From the NCBI GenBank assembly GCA_024400495.1, contig JAKSMR010000003.1, forward strand, positions 5,862-69,861: a stretch of DNA of 64,000 nucleotides. Direction: 5' to 3'. Under the pieces are notes generated by a model, which saw nothing but the letters and a program-made list of their open reading frames with translations, searched no databases and was not told the DNA's origin. Of the stretch, positions 56,466 through 64,000 are shown in pieces. Positions within the stretch are counted from its first letter, which is position 1. Each line of letters opens with the position of its first letter. The position numbers were made by a program, and so were the translations under genes. The stretch comes from Bacteroidales bacterium (lineage in GTDB: Bacteria > Bacteroidota > Bacteroidia > Bacteroidales > P3).

Positions 56466-57032
56466 ATGCTTAATATCGTACTCTTTGGCGCTCCTGGTGC
56501 CGGAAAAGGCACACAGAGTGATCTCCTCGTCGAGAAATACAACCTCAACCATATCTCTACCGGCGACCTCCTTCGCAAAGAAATTGCCGAACAGACCGAA
56601 CTTGGCAAACGCATTAAATCCATCATGGATTCTGGCAGCCTGGTAAGCGACGACATCGTCGTTGAAATGATCGACAAAGCTATTGCAGCCGACAAACAGG
56701 GCATCCTCTTCGACGGTTTCCCCCGCAACGTGGCTCAGGCTGAAGTTCTCGACCAGCTGCTCGCAAAGCACGGCCGCAAACTCACCTGCATGGTCAGCCT
56801 CGACGTTCCTCGCGAGGAACTCATCCGCCGTATGCTCGAACGCGCAAAGACCTCCGGTCGTAGCGACGACAACGAAGAAACCATCAAGAACCGTCTCGTT
56901 GAATACGAGAACAAGACCCTCCCCGTTGCCGCCTACTACGAGAAGAAAGGCCAGCACGTAAAAGTGAACGGTTTTGGCGACATCAAAGAGATTTCCGCCA
57001 ACATCATCAACGAAATCGAGAAACTCAAATAA
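56466..57032 (+). CDS. adk: Adenylate kinase
   Basis: LFGAPGAGKGTQ P-loop, ISTGDLLR and GFPRNVAQAE. Short lid without a zinc site. Confidence 0.96.
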   Translation: MLNIVLFGAPGAGKGTQSDLLVEKYNLNHISTGDLLRKEIAEQTELGKRIKSIMDSGSLVSDDIVVEMIDKAIAADKQGILFDGFPRNVAQAEVLDQLLAKHGRKLTCMVSLDVPREELIRRMLERAKTSGRSDDNEETIKNRLVEYENKTLPVAAYYEKKGQHVKVNGFGDIKEISANIINEIEKLK

Positions 57033-57048
57033 TCAGTTTCCCACACAT

Positions 57049-57086
57049 AGAGACCTATGCAACCCAGCATAGGTCTCTTATTATTC
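57049..57086 (+). terminator. Terminator after adk
   Basis: Perfect 12-bp stem AGAGACCTATGC / GCATAGGTCTCT followed by TATTATT. Confidence 0.75.
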
Positions 57087-57126
57087 GAACAATAAACCCA
57101 CAACCCAATAATCATTCTATTTGAAA

Positions 57127-58125
57127 ATGGCATCCAATTTTGTTGACTACGTAAAAATCTTCATCCGTTCAGGAAAAGGAGGAGCAGGTTCAGCCCACCT
57201 TCTCCGTGTGAAATACAATGCCAAAGCCGGCCCCGATGGTGGCGATGGCGGACGAGGAGGACATATCATACTACGTGGCAACTCGCAACGCTGGACGCTC
57301 CTGCACCTCAAATACACCAAACATGTGTTTGCCGAGAACGGACAAAACGGCGGGGAGAACCTCTGCACAGGACGCACAGGCGCCGACCAATACCTTGATG
57401 TCCCTCTGGGATGCGTATGCAAGGATGCCGAAACCGGAGAGATCCTCGGAGAAGTGACCGAGGACGGCCAGGAGGTGATCATCGCCAAAGGCGGACGCGG
57501 CGGTCTGGGAAACGACCACTTCAAGTCCGCGACAAACCAGACACCCCGCTATGCACAGCCCGGAGAGCCCGCCATCGAACGTTGGATTATCATAGAGCTT
57601 AAGGTTCTGGCCGACGTGGGATTGGTAGGATTCCCCAATGCCGGAAAGTCCACCCTCCTGAGTTGCGTGAGCGCCGCCCGTCCCGAGATTGCCGACTATC
57701 CGTTCACCACTATGGTTCCTAACTTGGGAATCGTCAAATACCGAGACGACAAATCGTTCTGTATTGCCGATATCCCCGGCATTATCGAAGGTGCTTCCGA
57801 AGGCAAAGGACTGGGGCTGCGATTCCTACGCCATATCGAACGCAACTCCATCCTGCTCTTCATGGTCTCTTGCGAGAGCCTGGACATCAAGAAAGAATAC
57901 AACATCCTTCTCTCCGAACTTAAGAAATACAACCCTGAACTACTTGACAAGAAGCGCATTCTTGCAGTCACAAAATGCGACATGCTTGACGAATCGCTTA
58001 TCAAACAGCTCAAGCGGACACTTCCCCGCACCATCCCAACCATCATGATAAGTGCCGTCAGCGGTTTGAATGTCAGCCAATTGAAAGATATGATAATGGA
58101 AGCCATTGAGGCAGATGCACAATAA
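57127..58125 (+). CDS. obgE: GTPase Obg/CgtA
   Basis: [18 protein letters not shown] glycine-rich Obg fold. [18 protein letters not shown], and TKCD. Confidence 0.95.
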   Translation: MASNFVDYVKIFIRSGKGGAGSAHLLRVKYNAKAGPDGGDGGRGGHIILRGNSQRWTLLHLKYTKHVFAENGQNGGENLCTGRTGADQYLDVPLGCVCKDAETGEILGEVTEDGQEVIIAKGGRGGLGNDHFKSATNQTPRYAQPGEPAIERWIIIELKVLADVGLVGFPNAGKSTLLSCVSAARPEIADYPFTTMVPNLGIVKYRDDKSFCIADIPGIIEGASEGKGLGLRFLRHIERNSILLFMVSCESLDIKKEYNILLSELKKYNPELLDKKRILAVTKCDMLDESLIKQLKRTLPRTIPTIMISAVSGLNVSQLKDMIMEAIEADAQ

Positions 58126-58137
58126 CAGAAATCCGTT

Positions 58138-58770
58138 ATGCTTGAACACTTAAACTCACTCGACACAAAACTCTTCTGGTTCATCAACAGCCATCATTGT
58201 GCAGTATGCGACTGGATCATGTGGGGCGCAAGCCAGATGTGGTCTTGGATTGCTGTGATGATTATTGTATATATACTTTTACTTGTGCGTGGGGATTGGC
58301 GCAGATGGTGGATGATTCTGCTGGGTATACTGCTCTGCTTCCTTCTGAGCGACAAGATTTCCGTTATCGCTTTTAAGGATGTTGTCCAGAGACTTCGTCC
58401 TTGTCATGCACTCGAAGGAGTAACCATGTTCCGTACCCATTGCGGAGGATTGTATGGTTTTGTCTCCTCCCATGCTGCTAACGCCTTTGCCCAGGCAACA
58501 TTTCTCGGTCTCGTCGCCTATTCTTTCAAGCATCTTGATCAGCAACGCTATGGAAAAGAGAGCCTCTTCCCTACCCTGATGCCTTGCCTGCTGTTTGATT
58601 GGGCAATTCTGGTTGGTTACAGCCGACCCTATTTAGGAAAACATTACCCCGGAGATGTGATTTGTGGAGCAATTTTGGGAATCGCAATTGGTGCTTTTGT
58701 TTACTTCTTGTATTGCAAAGTGTTATATTGGACTCGTAAGAAAAGCAAGAAAGACAAAATAATGGTCTAA
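58138..58770 (+). CDS. PAP2-family membrane phosphatase
   Basis: KDVVQRLRP, SSHAANAF, and SRPYLGKHYPGDV reproduce the three PAP2 motifs. Several TM helices. Confidence 0.85.
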   Translation: MLEHLNSLDTKLFWFINSHHCAVCDWIMWGASQMWSWIAVMIIVYILLLVRGDWRRWWMILLGILLCFLLSDKISVIAFKDVVQRLRPCHALEGVTMFRTHCGGLYGFVSSHAANAFAQATFLGLVAYSFKHLDQQRYGKESLFPTLMPCLLFDWAILVGYSRPYLGKHYPGDVICGAILGIAIGAFVYFLYCKVLYWTRKKSKKDKIMV

Positions 58771-58811
58771 AGGCTTGTATCTCATATCAATAACCACACC
58801 AACACTAATGG

Positions 58812-58861
58812 TGTGTAAAAATGACACATAATTTTCAAATTTTATGTGTCATTTTTACACA
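58812..58861. promoter_or_regulatory. 50-bp perfect palindrome made of two TGTGT-N7-ACACA sites
   Basis: TGTGTAAAAATGACACATAA (58812-58831) pairs perfectly with TTATGTGTCATTTTTACACA (58842-58861). The TGTGT starts are 33 bp apart. An outer ATAACCACA / TGTGGTTAT pair flanks it. Confidence 0.8.
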
Positions 58862-58986
58862 AACACACAACCAACAATACCTTTGTGGTTATTTTTCTTA
58901 AAAAAAATTTTTAATGATATTCAATTAGTTATTGATTATTTTTGTAAAAAGAGGAAAATAAATTTGGTTATATCAAACTTTCGATG

Positions 58987-58994
58987 TATCTTTG
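58987..58994 (+). promoter_or_regulatory. -7 box TATCTTTG upstream of the NrtR-family gene
   Basis: TAnnTTTG match 33 nt upstream of the ATG at 59027. Confidence 0.5.
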
Positions 58995-59026
58995 CGTCAA
59001 AATTACACAACAAGAATCAATAAAAC

Positions 59027-59836
59027 ATGGCCGAGTTCGAACATATTAATGAAGATAAGCTTTTCTGCTACCAATATCCTCATCCAGCCGTCACTATCGA
59101 CTGTGTGATATTTGGTTTCGACGGCAATGCCATAAACGTTCTTCTTATCGAACGCAACGAGCCTCCCTACCTTGGGAGTTGGGCATTGCCAGGAGGCTTC
59201 ATCAATATGAACGAGACTGCCGAAGAGGCTGCCTGCCGTCGTCTGAGAGAGGAGACTCACCTTGAGCATATATCGCTCAAACAGTTTCACACTTTTAGCG
59301 AAGTGTTGCGCGATCCTCGCGAGCGAGTCATCACCATCGCCTATCTAGCGCTTATCAACAAGGACGAACAGGCTGTAGTTGGTGGCAATGGCAACTCAAG
59401 GGCAGAGTGGTTTAAATGGAACGAACTCCCTCCTGTGGCTTTCGACCACCTAAAGATAATCCAGGAAGGCCGCAAGTTCCTCAAGGATTGGCTTAAATTG
59501 GAGCCGATTGCGTTCAAGATGCTGGGAGAACAATTCAAGATGAGCGAGTTACAGAAATTATATGAGCTCATCAACGAAACCACCTACGACCGAAGAAACT
59601 TCCAACGCAAAATGCTCTCGTCAGGCTATCTGTACGATCAGTCGGAAGATGCATCCGACACTCCGGAGATGAGCAAAACTATCAAACAGCCAACAGCATC
59701 ATACAGCATCATAGCCGGAGCAACAGACGACAAAGAGCGAAGCCAACGTATCAGTCGAATCCTAACATTCCTTCAGGAGAAATTCGACGAGGACCAAAAA
59801 GAGAATCCCAATGGCAAGAATCCGTTCGACTTGTAG
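59027..59836 (+). CDS. NrtR-family regulator: Nudix domain with degenerate Nudix box plus C-terminal winged-helix domain
   Basis: The Nudix box reads GGFINMNETAEEAACRRLREETHL, with RE changed to RR and G changed to H. The C-terminal FKMSELQKLYELINETTYDRRNFQRKMLSSGYL is the NrtR wHTH signature. Confidence 0.75.
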   Translation: MAEFEHINEDKLFCYQYPHPAVTIDCVIFGFDGNAINVLLIERNEPPYLGSWALPGGFINMNETAEEAACRRLREETHLEHISLKQFHTFSEVLRDPRERVITIAYLALINKDEQAVVGGNGNSRAEWFKWNELPPVAFDHLKIIQEGRKFLKDWLKLEPIAFKMLGEQFKMSELQKLYELINETTYDRRNFQRKMLSSGYLYDQSEDASDTPEMSKTIKQPTASYSIIAGATDDKERSQRISRILTFLQEKFDEDQKENPNGKNPFDL

Positions 59837-59981
59837 CAATTAAATCATCTGAAAAAAAAGTAACGCACCAACAACAACTAAACAAAAAAACAATATCAAA
59901 AAAGTGCAAAACAGCTAAATCAAAAAAGAGAAAAAAGGGAACAACAGAATCAATCAACAATCATCAAAACACTAAACCATC

Positions 59982-60800
59982 ATGAATAAGCAAGCCACCA
60001 TTCTCGGCGCCATTGCCGGAGATACGATTGGATCAGTCTATGAGTTTAATCCCAAAAAAGACTACAATTTCAAGTTGTTAACCCCGCAAATGGCTCCCAC
60101 AGACGACAGTCTGATGACTATCGCCATTGCCAAATGGCTGTTAGATGACTCGCAAATGCAAGAGGAGTGCCTCGCTAGAACCTTGCGTCATATCGGTCGA
60201 ACATACCCCTGCCCCCTTGGTGGATACGGAGGAATGTTCAAGGAATGGCTCTCTTCCGATATCGGTCCATACAACTCATGGGGTAACGGATCGGCAATGC
60301 GAGTCTCCGCCTGCGGCTGGTATTTTGACACCTTGGAAGAGACATTAGAAGCTGCCAAGCGTAGCGCCGAAGTCACCCACAACCATCCCGAAGGAATCAA
60401 AGGTGCACAAGCAACAGCAGCAGCCATCTTCCTAGCCCGAACCGGAAAGAGCAAAGACGAGATAAAAGAATATATACAAACCACATTTGGATACGATTTG
60501 AGCAGAAACTATGATGAAATAAAAAGAACTTACCATTTCAAAGGATCGTGCCAGGAGACAGTTCCCGAGTCAATTATCGCATTTTTAGAGAGCAACGATT
60601 ATGTCGATGCGGTCAGACTGACCATCGCTCTTGGCGGAGACGCAGACACAATGGGGGCAATTACCGGAGCTATCGCATCAGCCTATTACGGAGGCATTCC
60701 GGAAGAAATCTATGACTTTGTCCTTCCTCGTATCCCCGACGACCTTCGAGAGATAACACTACAATTTGAGAATGCCATAGAATCCAAACGCAACAACTAA
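59982..60800 (+). CDS. ADP-ribosylglycohydrolase (ARH/DraG family)
   Basis: GAIAGDTIGSVYEF, TDDSLMT, GNGSAMRVS, HNHPEGIKGA, and GGDADTMGAITGAIASAYYG. Confidence 0.88.
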   Translation: MNKQATILGAIAGDTIGSVYEFNPKKDYNFKLLTPQMAPTDDSLMTIAIAKWLLDDSQMQEECLARTLRHIGRTYPCPLGGYGGMFKEWLSSDIGPYNSWGNGSAMRVSACGWYFDTLEETLEAAKRSAEVTHNHPEGIKGAQATAAAIFLARTGKSKDEIKEYIQTTFGYDLSRNYDEIKRTYHFKGSCQETVPESIIAFLESNDYVDAVRLTIALGGDADTMGAITGAIASAYYGGIPEEIYDFVLPRIPDDLREITLQFENAIESKRNN

Positions 60801-60833
60801 CCCCAAATATCAATCAACAAAAAAATCAAAAAC

Positions 60834-61973
60834 ATGAAAACCCAATTCTTCAACCTCATCATTCTTGACGAAAGCGGATCCATGTCCGGAGTAACCCAAC
60901 AGACCATCAACGGATGCAACGAAACCATCAACACCATCATTTCTTCGCAAAAAGATTATCCTGACACCCAAGAACATTTTGTATCCATCTATGCATTTCA
61001 AAGTGGCGGTCGTCCATCAAGATATATCATCAAGAACATGCCCTCCGACAAGGTGAAGCATATCACCCATGAAGACTATGAGCCTTACGGAAGCACTCCC
61101 CTATTCGATGCCGTCGGCTCCACTCTTGCAGACCTGAAGAAGCACACCCAAAACCTGGAAAACGCCGTTGGCTGCATCACAATCATTACAGATGGAGAAG
61201 AAAACAGTTCAAAAGAGTACACCCTCAATCACATCCTGAAGATGATAGACGAACTGAAAGAGAAAGGCTGGAGTTTCAATTTCATAGGAGCCAATATCGA
61301 TGCGAACCTGACTGCAAAAACCTTCCATATCGACAACGCCCTTCAGTTTACCTGCGATACAAAAGGTACAGACGCGATGTGGAAAACAGAACGTCTCAGC
61401 CGTAAAAGTTACTATTCGCGAGTAGAAGAATCCTGCTGCGCCTGCATAGCACCATCAGAGAGAGTCTCTGCTCTCAAGGAAGCCTCCAAGAATTTCTTCT
61501 CCGAGGAGCAACCGAAGTCCGAAGACACCCCTTCGGACAACGAGCGCATCACTCCCGACAACATCACAGCACTCGGAGAGAACGAGATATTCGTATTCGG
61601 GAGCGACTTGGCCGGGGCCCATGGTGGTGGTGCCGCCAGAGCAGCACTCCAGAACTTTGGCGCTATCATGGGACAAGGAGTCGGTCTTCAAGGACAAAGC
61701 TATGCAATTCCCACCATGCAAGGTGGAGTAGAAACCATAAAGCCATACGTAGATGAGTTCGTCACCTTTGCCAAAAACAACCCGCATCTGAAGTTCTTTG
61801 TCACTCGAATTGGCTGTGGGACAGCAGGTTTCAAAGACAACGAAATCGCACCATTATTCCACGAAGCCATGAAGATGGAGAATATATTCCTCCCCGAGTC
61901 CTTCAAAAAGGCTATTCAAGACCAAACAACCACCAGATTAAAAGACCTGATGAACATACTCTTCCAAGATTGA
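60834..61973 (+). CDS. vWA-domain protein fused to an unassigned ~120-aa glycine-loop C-terminal domain
   Basis: MIDAS motif LDESGSMSG ... ST ... ITDGEEN in aa 1-190. The C-terminal part (aa ~243-362, nt ~61560-61919) carries EIFVFGSDLAGAHGGGAA, GLQGQSYAIPT, and VTRIGCGTAG. Confidence 0.75.
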   Translation: MKTQFFNLIILDESGSMSGVTQQTINGCNETINTIISSQKDYPDTQEHFVSIYAFQSGGRPSRYIIKNMPSDKVKHITHEDYEPYGSTPLFDAVGSTLADLKKHTQNLENAVGCITIITDGEENSSKEYTLNHILKMIDELKEKGWSFNFIGANIDANLTAKTFHIDNALQFTCDTKGTDAMWKTERLSRKSYYSRVEESCCACIAPSERVSALKEASKNFFSEEQPKSEDTPSDNERITPDNITALGENEIFVFGSDLAGAHGGGAARAALQNFGAIMGQGVGLQGQSYAIPTMQGGVETIKPYVDEFVTFAKNNPHLKFFVTRIGCGTAGFKDNEIAPLFHEAMKMENIFLPESFKKAIQDQTTTRLKDLMNILFQD

Positions 61974-61988
61974 TATCCTCTATTATGG

Positions 61989-62027
61989 CCACAAAAGCTC
62001 GGGAACTACCGAGCTTTTTGTGGTTTC
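61989..62027 (+). terminator. Terminator closing the NrtR/ARH/vWA unit
   Basis: CCACAAAAGCTCGG / CCGAGCTTTTTGTGG stem (one bulge) followed by TTTC. Confidence 0.75.
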
Positions 62028-62087
62028 AACAAATTGCCAAAAACCGAAGACCAAGGAAATATTTATTGAGAAATGAGAAATAATGTG

Positions 62088-62095
62088 TATCTTTG
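62088..62095 (+). promoter_or_regulatory. -7 box TATCTTTG upstream of the hypothetical secreted protein gene
   Basis: TAnnTTTG match 33 nt upstream of the ATG at 62128. Confidence 0.5.
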
Positions 62096-62127
62096 CAAAA
62101 ACAAACCTCTATTATAGTTCCATAGAA

Positions 62128-62754
62128 ATGAGACTATCCAAATACTTTCCTCCTTCGGTCCTACTCCTCCTATTGTTTTTGTCTATCAGCTCTTTGAATG
62201 CAATAGGACAAACGTCACCCTTGGTTGACCGAGACACCTTCTACATATTTGGTATTCAAGAACAAGAATTCAAAAAACAATTCCTCAGGAAGCCTTTGCC
62301 ACTAGAGCCCAATCATGGAACCATATGGGTTAGAACCGACCAGAAACTGAAACTCGACACAAACTCTTTCTACAGGCTACTATATACCTTCTATGGTAGT
62401 GGCGTATGGGAGATATCTTTCCCTAATGGGATTCCTATTGATGTGAAACGACTGGCAGAAAACTACGAAGTTATCGAAAGCCATTCTGACGAGAAATACA
62501 CAAAGCTTATAGGCAACTATCACTATAAGCGAGTAAAAATAAGGGACAACGAGGCCTCACAATACAGCAAACCCATGAAAGCCAATGTTGACGTCTCGAT
62601 ATATATGAGAAAATGGGTTGTTGAATATCTCACCCTTCCCTTCTATCCCAAAGAGCAGAAGCTTACTACCGACCTTCCTTATAACAAAAAGAAATATCCG
62701 CTCGCCTACGGCTATTACCTTTGGAGGATTATCGATATTCTTCCCGTTCAATAA
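62128..62754 (+). CDS. Hypothetical secreted protein
   Basis: Signal peptide MRLSKYFPPSVLLLLLFLSISSLNAIGQ. No recognisable family. Confidence 0.5.
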   Translation: MRLSKYFPPSVLLLLLFLSISSLNAIGQTSPLVDRDTFYIFGIQEQEFKKQFLRKPLPLEPNHGTIWVRTDQKLKLDTNSFYRLLYTFYGSGVWEISFPNGIPIDVKRLAENYEVIESHSDEKYTKLIGNYHYKRVKIRDNEASQYSKPMKANVDVSIYMRKWVVEYLTLPFYPKEQKLTTDLPYNKKKYPLAYGYYLWRIIDILPVQ

Positions 62755-62777
62755 AAATAAAACGACGAAACATAAAG

Positions 62778-62786
62778 CCCCCCCCC
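62778..62786. repeat. Homopolymeric C9 tract in the convergent intergenic region
   Basis: Read directly: aaag ccccccccc tttg. Confidence 0.9.
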
Positions 62787-62791
62787 CTTTG

Positions 62792-62832
62792 ATAAAACAA
62801 GCAAGCCCCGTTATACAAATGGGGCTTGCTCT
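62792..62832 (-). terminator. Terminator of proS
   Basis: AGCAAGCCCC / GGGGCTTGCT stem. On the minus strand it is followed by TGTTTTATC. Confidence 0.65.
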
Positions 62833-62875
62833 TATAAATGGATGATTACAATAATATAATCACCTCGTATTCATA

Positions 62876-64000
62876 TTAGTAACTGCGAGCAAAGATCACA
62901 CGACGGCTGGAAGGCTTTCCGGTAAGGATACATTTACCCTCTTCCTCGATTGCATCGTAAGGGATACAACGGATGGTGGCTTTGGTAAGCTCTTTGATCT
63001 TCTCTTCGGTCTCGGTAGTGCCGTCCCAATGGCAGAGGAGGAAACCGCCTTTCTCGATCTCAACGAGGAACTCGTCCCAGGTGTCGACCTTGCGGGTGTT
63101 GGCGGCACGATAGTCGGCTGCTTTCTTGAGAAGGTTGGTCTGGATTTCGGCAAGCAGTTTCTCTACATATTCTACGATACCGTCGAGAGGCACATTGGTC
63201 TTTTCGAGAGTGTCGCGACGGCAGACTTCGCAAGTGCCGTTCTCAAGATCGCGAGGACCGATGGCGAGACGTACGGGAACGCCCTTGAATTCGTATTCGT
63301 TGAACTTCCAGCCGGGTTTGTATTCGGTACGGTTGTCGTACTTCACGCTAATACCTTTTGCTTTCAGAGCGGCCACAATAGGATCGACGGCATTATTGAG
63401 GCTTTCGAGTTGATCGTCAGTCTTGTAGATAGGAACGATAGCACATTGGATAGGAGCGAGCTTGGGAGGAAGGACAAGACCATTGTCATCGGAATGGGTC
63501 ATGATGAGGGCTCCCATCAGACGGGTGGAAACACCCCAGGAAGTTGCCCAAACGTGCTCGAGCTGGTTCTGTTTGTTAAGGAACTTGACATCGAATGCCT
63601 TAGCGAAGTTCTGGCCAAGGAAGTGGGAGGTTCCGGCCTGAAGCGCTTTACCGTCCTGCATCATAGCCTCGATACAATAGGTGTCGAGAGCGCCAGCGAA
63701 ACGCTCGTTGGGGGATTTGACACCCTTCACAACGGGAACAGCCATGAAGTTTTCTGCAAAGTTGGCATAAACCTCAAGCATTCTACGTGCCTCTTCTTCA
63801 GCTTCTTCGCGGGTGGCGTGAGCGGTATGACCTTCTTGCCAGAGGAACTCGGCAGTACGGAGGAACATGCGGGTGCGCATCTCCCAACGAACTACGTTAG
63901 CCCATTGGTTGCAGAGGATGGGAAGATCGCGGTAGGAGTTGATCCAGTTCTTATAGGTGCTCCAGATAATAGTTTCGGAGGTAGGACGAACGATGAGCTC
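62876..64000 (-). CDS. proS: Proline--tRNA ligase (archaeal/eukaryote-like type), C-terminal part; 5' end lies outside the window
   Basis: The frame stays open upstream of the tracked Met to the window edge ([44 protein letters not shown]...). Class II motifs and C-terminal zinc-type domain ending ...RVIFARSY. Confidence 0.95.
   Translation of the reverse strand, partial: ELIVRPTSETIIWSTYKNWINSYRDLPILCNQWANVVRWEMRTRMFLRTAEFLWQEGHTAHATREEAEEEARRMLEVYANFAENFMAVPVVKGVKSPNERFAGALDTYCIEAMMQDGKALQAGTSHFLGQNFAKAFDVKFLNKQNQLEHVWATSWGVSTRLMGALIMTHSDDNGLVLPPKLAPIQCAIVPIYKTDDQLESLNNAVDPIVAALKAKGISVKYDNRTEYKPGWKFNEYEFKGVPVRLAIGPRDLENGTCEVCRRDTLEKTNVPLDGIVEYVEKLLAEIQTNLLKKAADYRAANTRKVDTWDEFLVEIEKGGFLLCHWDGTTETEEKIKELTKATIRCIPYDAIEEEGKCILTGKPSSRRVIFARSY

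Noticed and set aside
62778-62786. C9 tract as a phase-variation switch
   Set aside because: It lies between the stop of one gene and the terminator of the convergent proS, so it is neither in a reading frame nor between promoter elements. A length change would have no obvious effect. I kept it only as a repeat feature.

Overview
This 64-kb chromosomal window reads as a Bacteroidota/Bacteroidales (Prevotella-like) genome. The evidence is TAnnTTTG -7 promoter boxes in front of most transcription units, A-rich leaders without Shine-Dalgarno signals, and T9SS C-terminal sorting domains. The backbone is housekeeping: polA (5' truncated), gyrA, pta, glyQS, alaS, tgt, recG, coaD, dnaB, parAB, adk, obg and proS (5' truncated). 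About 45 protein genes and one tRNA-Arg(ACG) are supported. Three things stand out. (1) At 10.65-16.0 kb there is an accessory island bounded by ~153-bp inverted repeats, each carrying an outward-facing promoter box. It holds an internally deleted IS4-family element with intact ends and a 9-bp target duplication. It also holds three orphan Rhs/YD C-terminal toxin tips with candidate immunity genes; one immunity candidate is broken at a C8 tract and one tip is decayed. (2) At 58.8-62.0 kb a single promoter-to-terminator unit encodes an NrtR-family Nudix regulator, an ADP-ribosylglycohydrolase and a vWA protein fused to an unassigned glycine-loop domain. A double TGTGT-N7-ACACA palindrome lies upstream. 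(3) Five intergenic micro-arrays are built from 11-bp units held in strict helical register (1.86, 22.9, 33.0, 45.3 and 53.6 kb). I cannot assign them to any described repeat class. The very long antisense ORFs in the track are codon-bias artefacts. All functional calls come from reading the translations by eye; no database search was possible.
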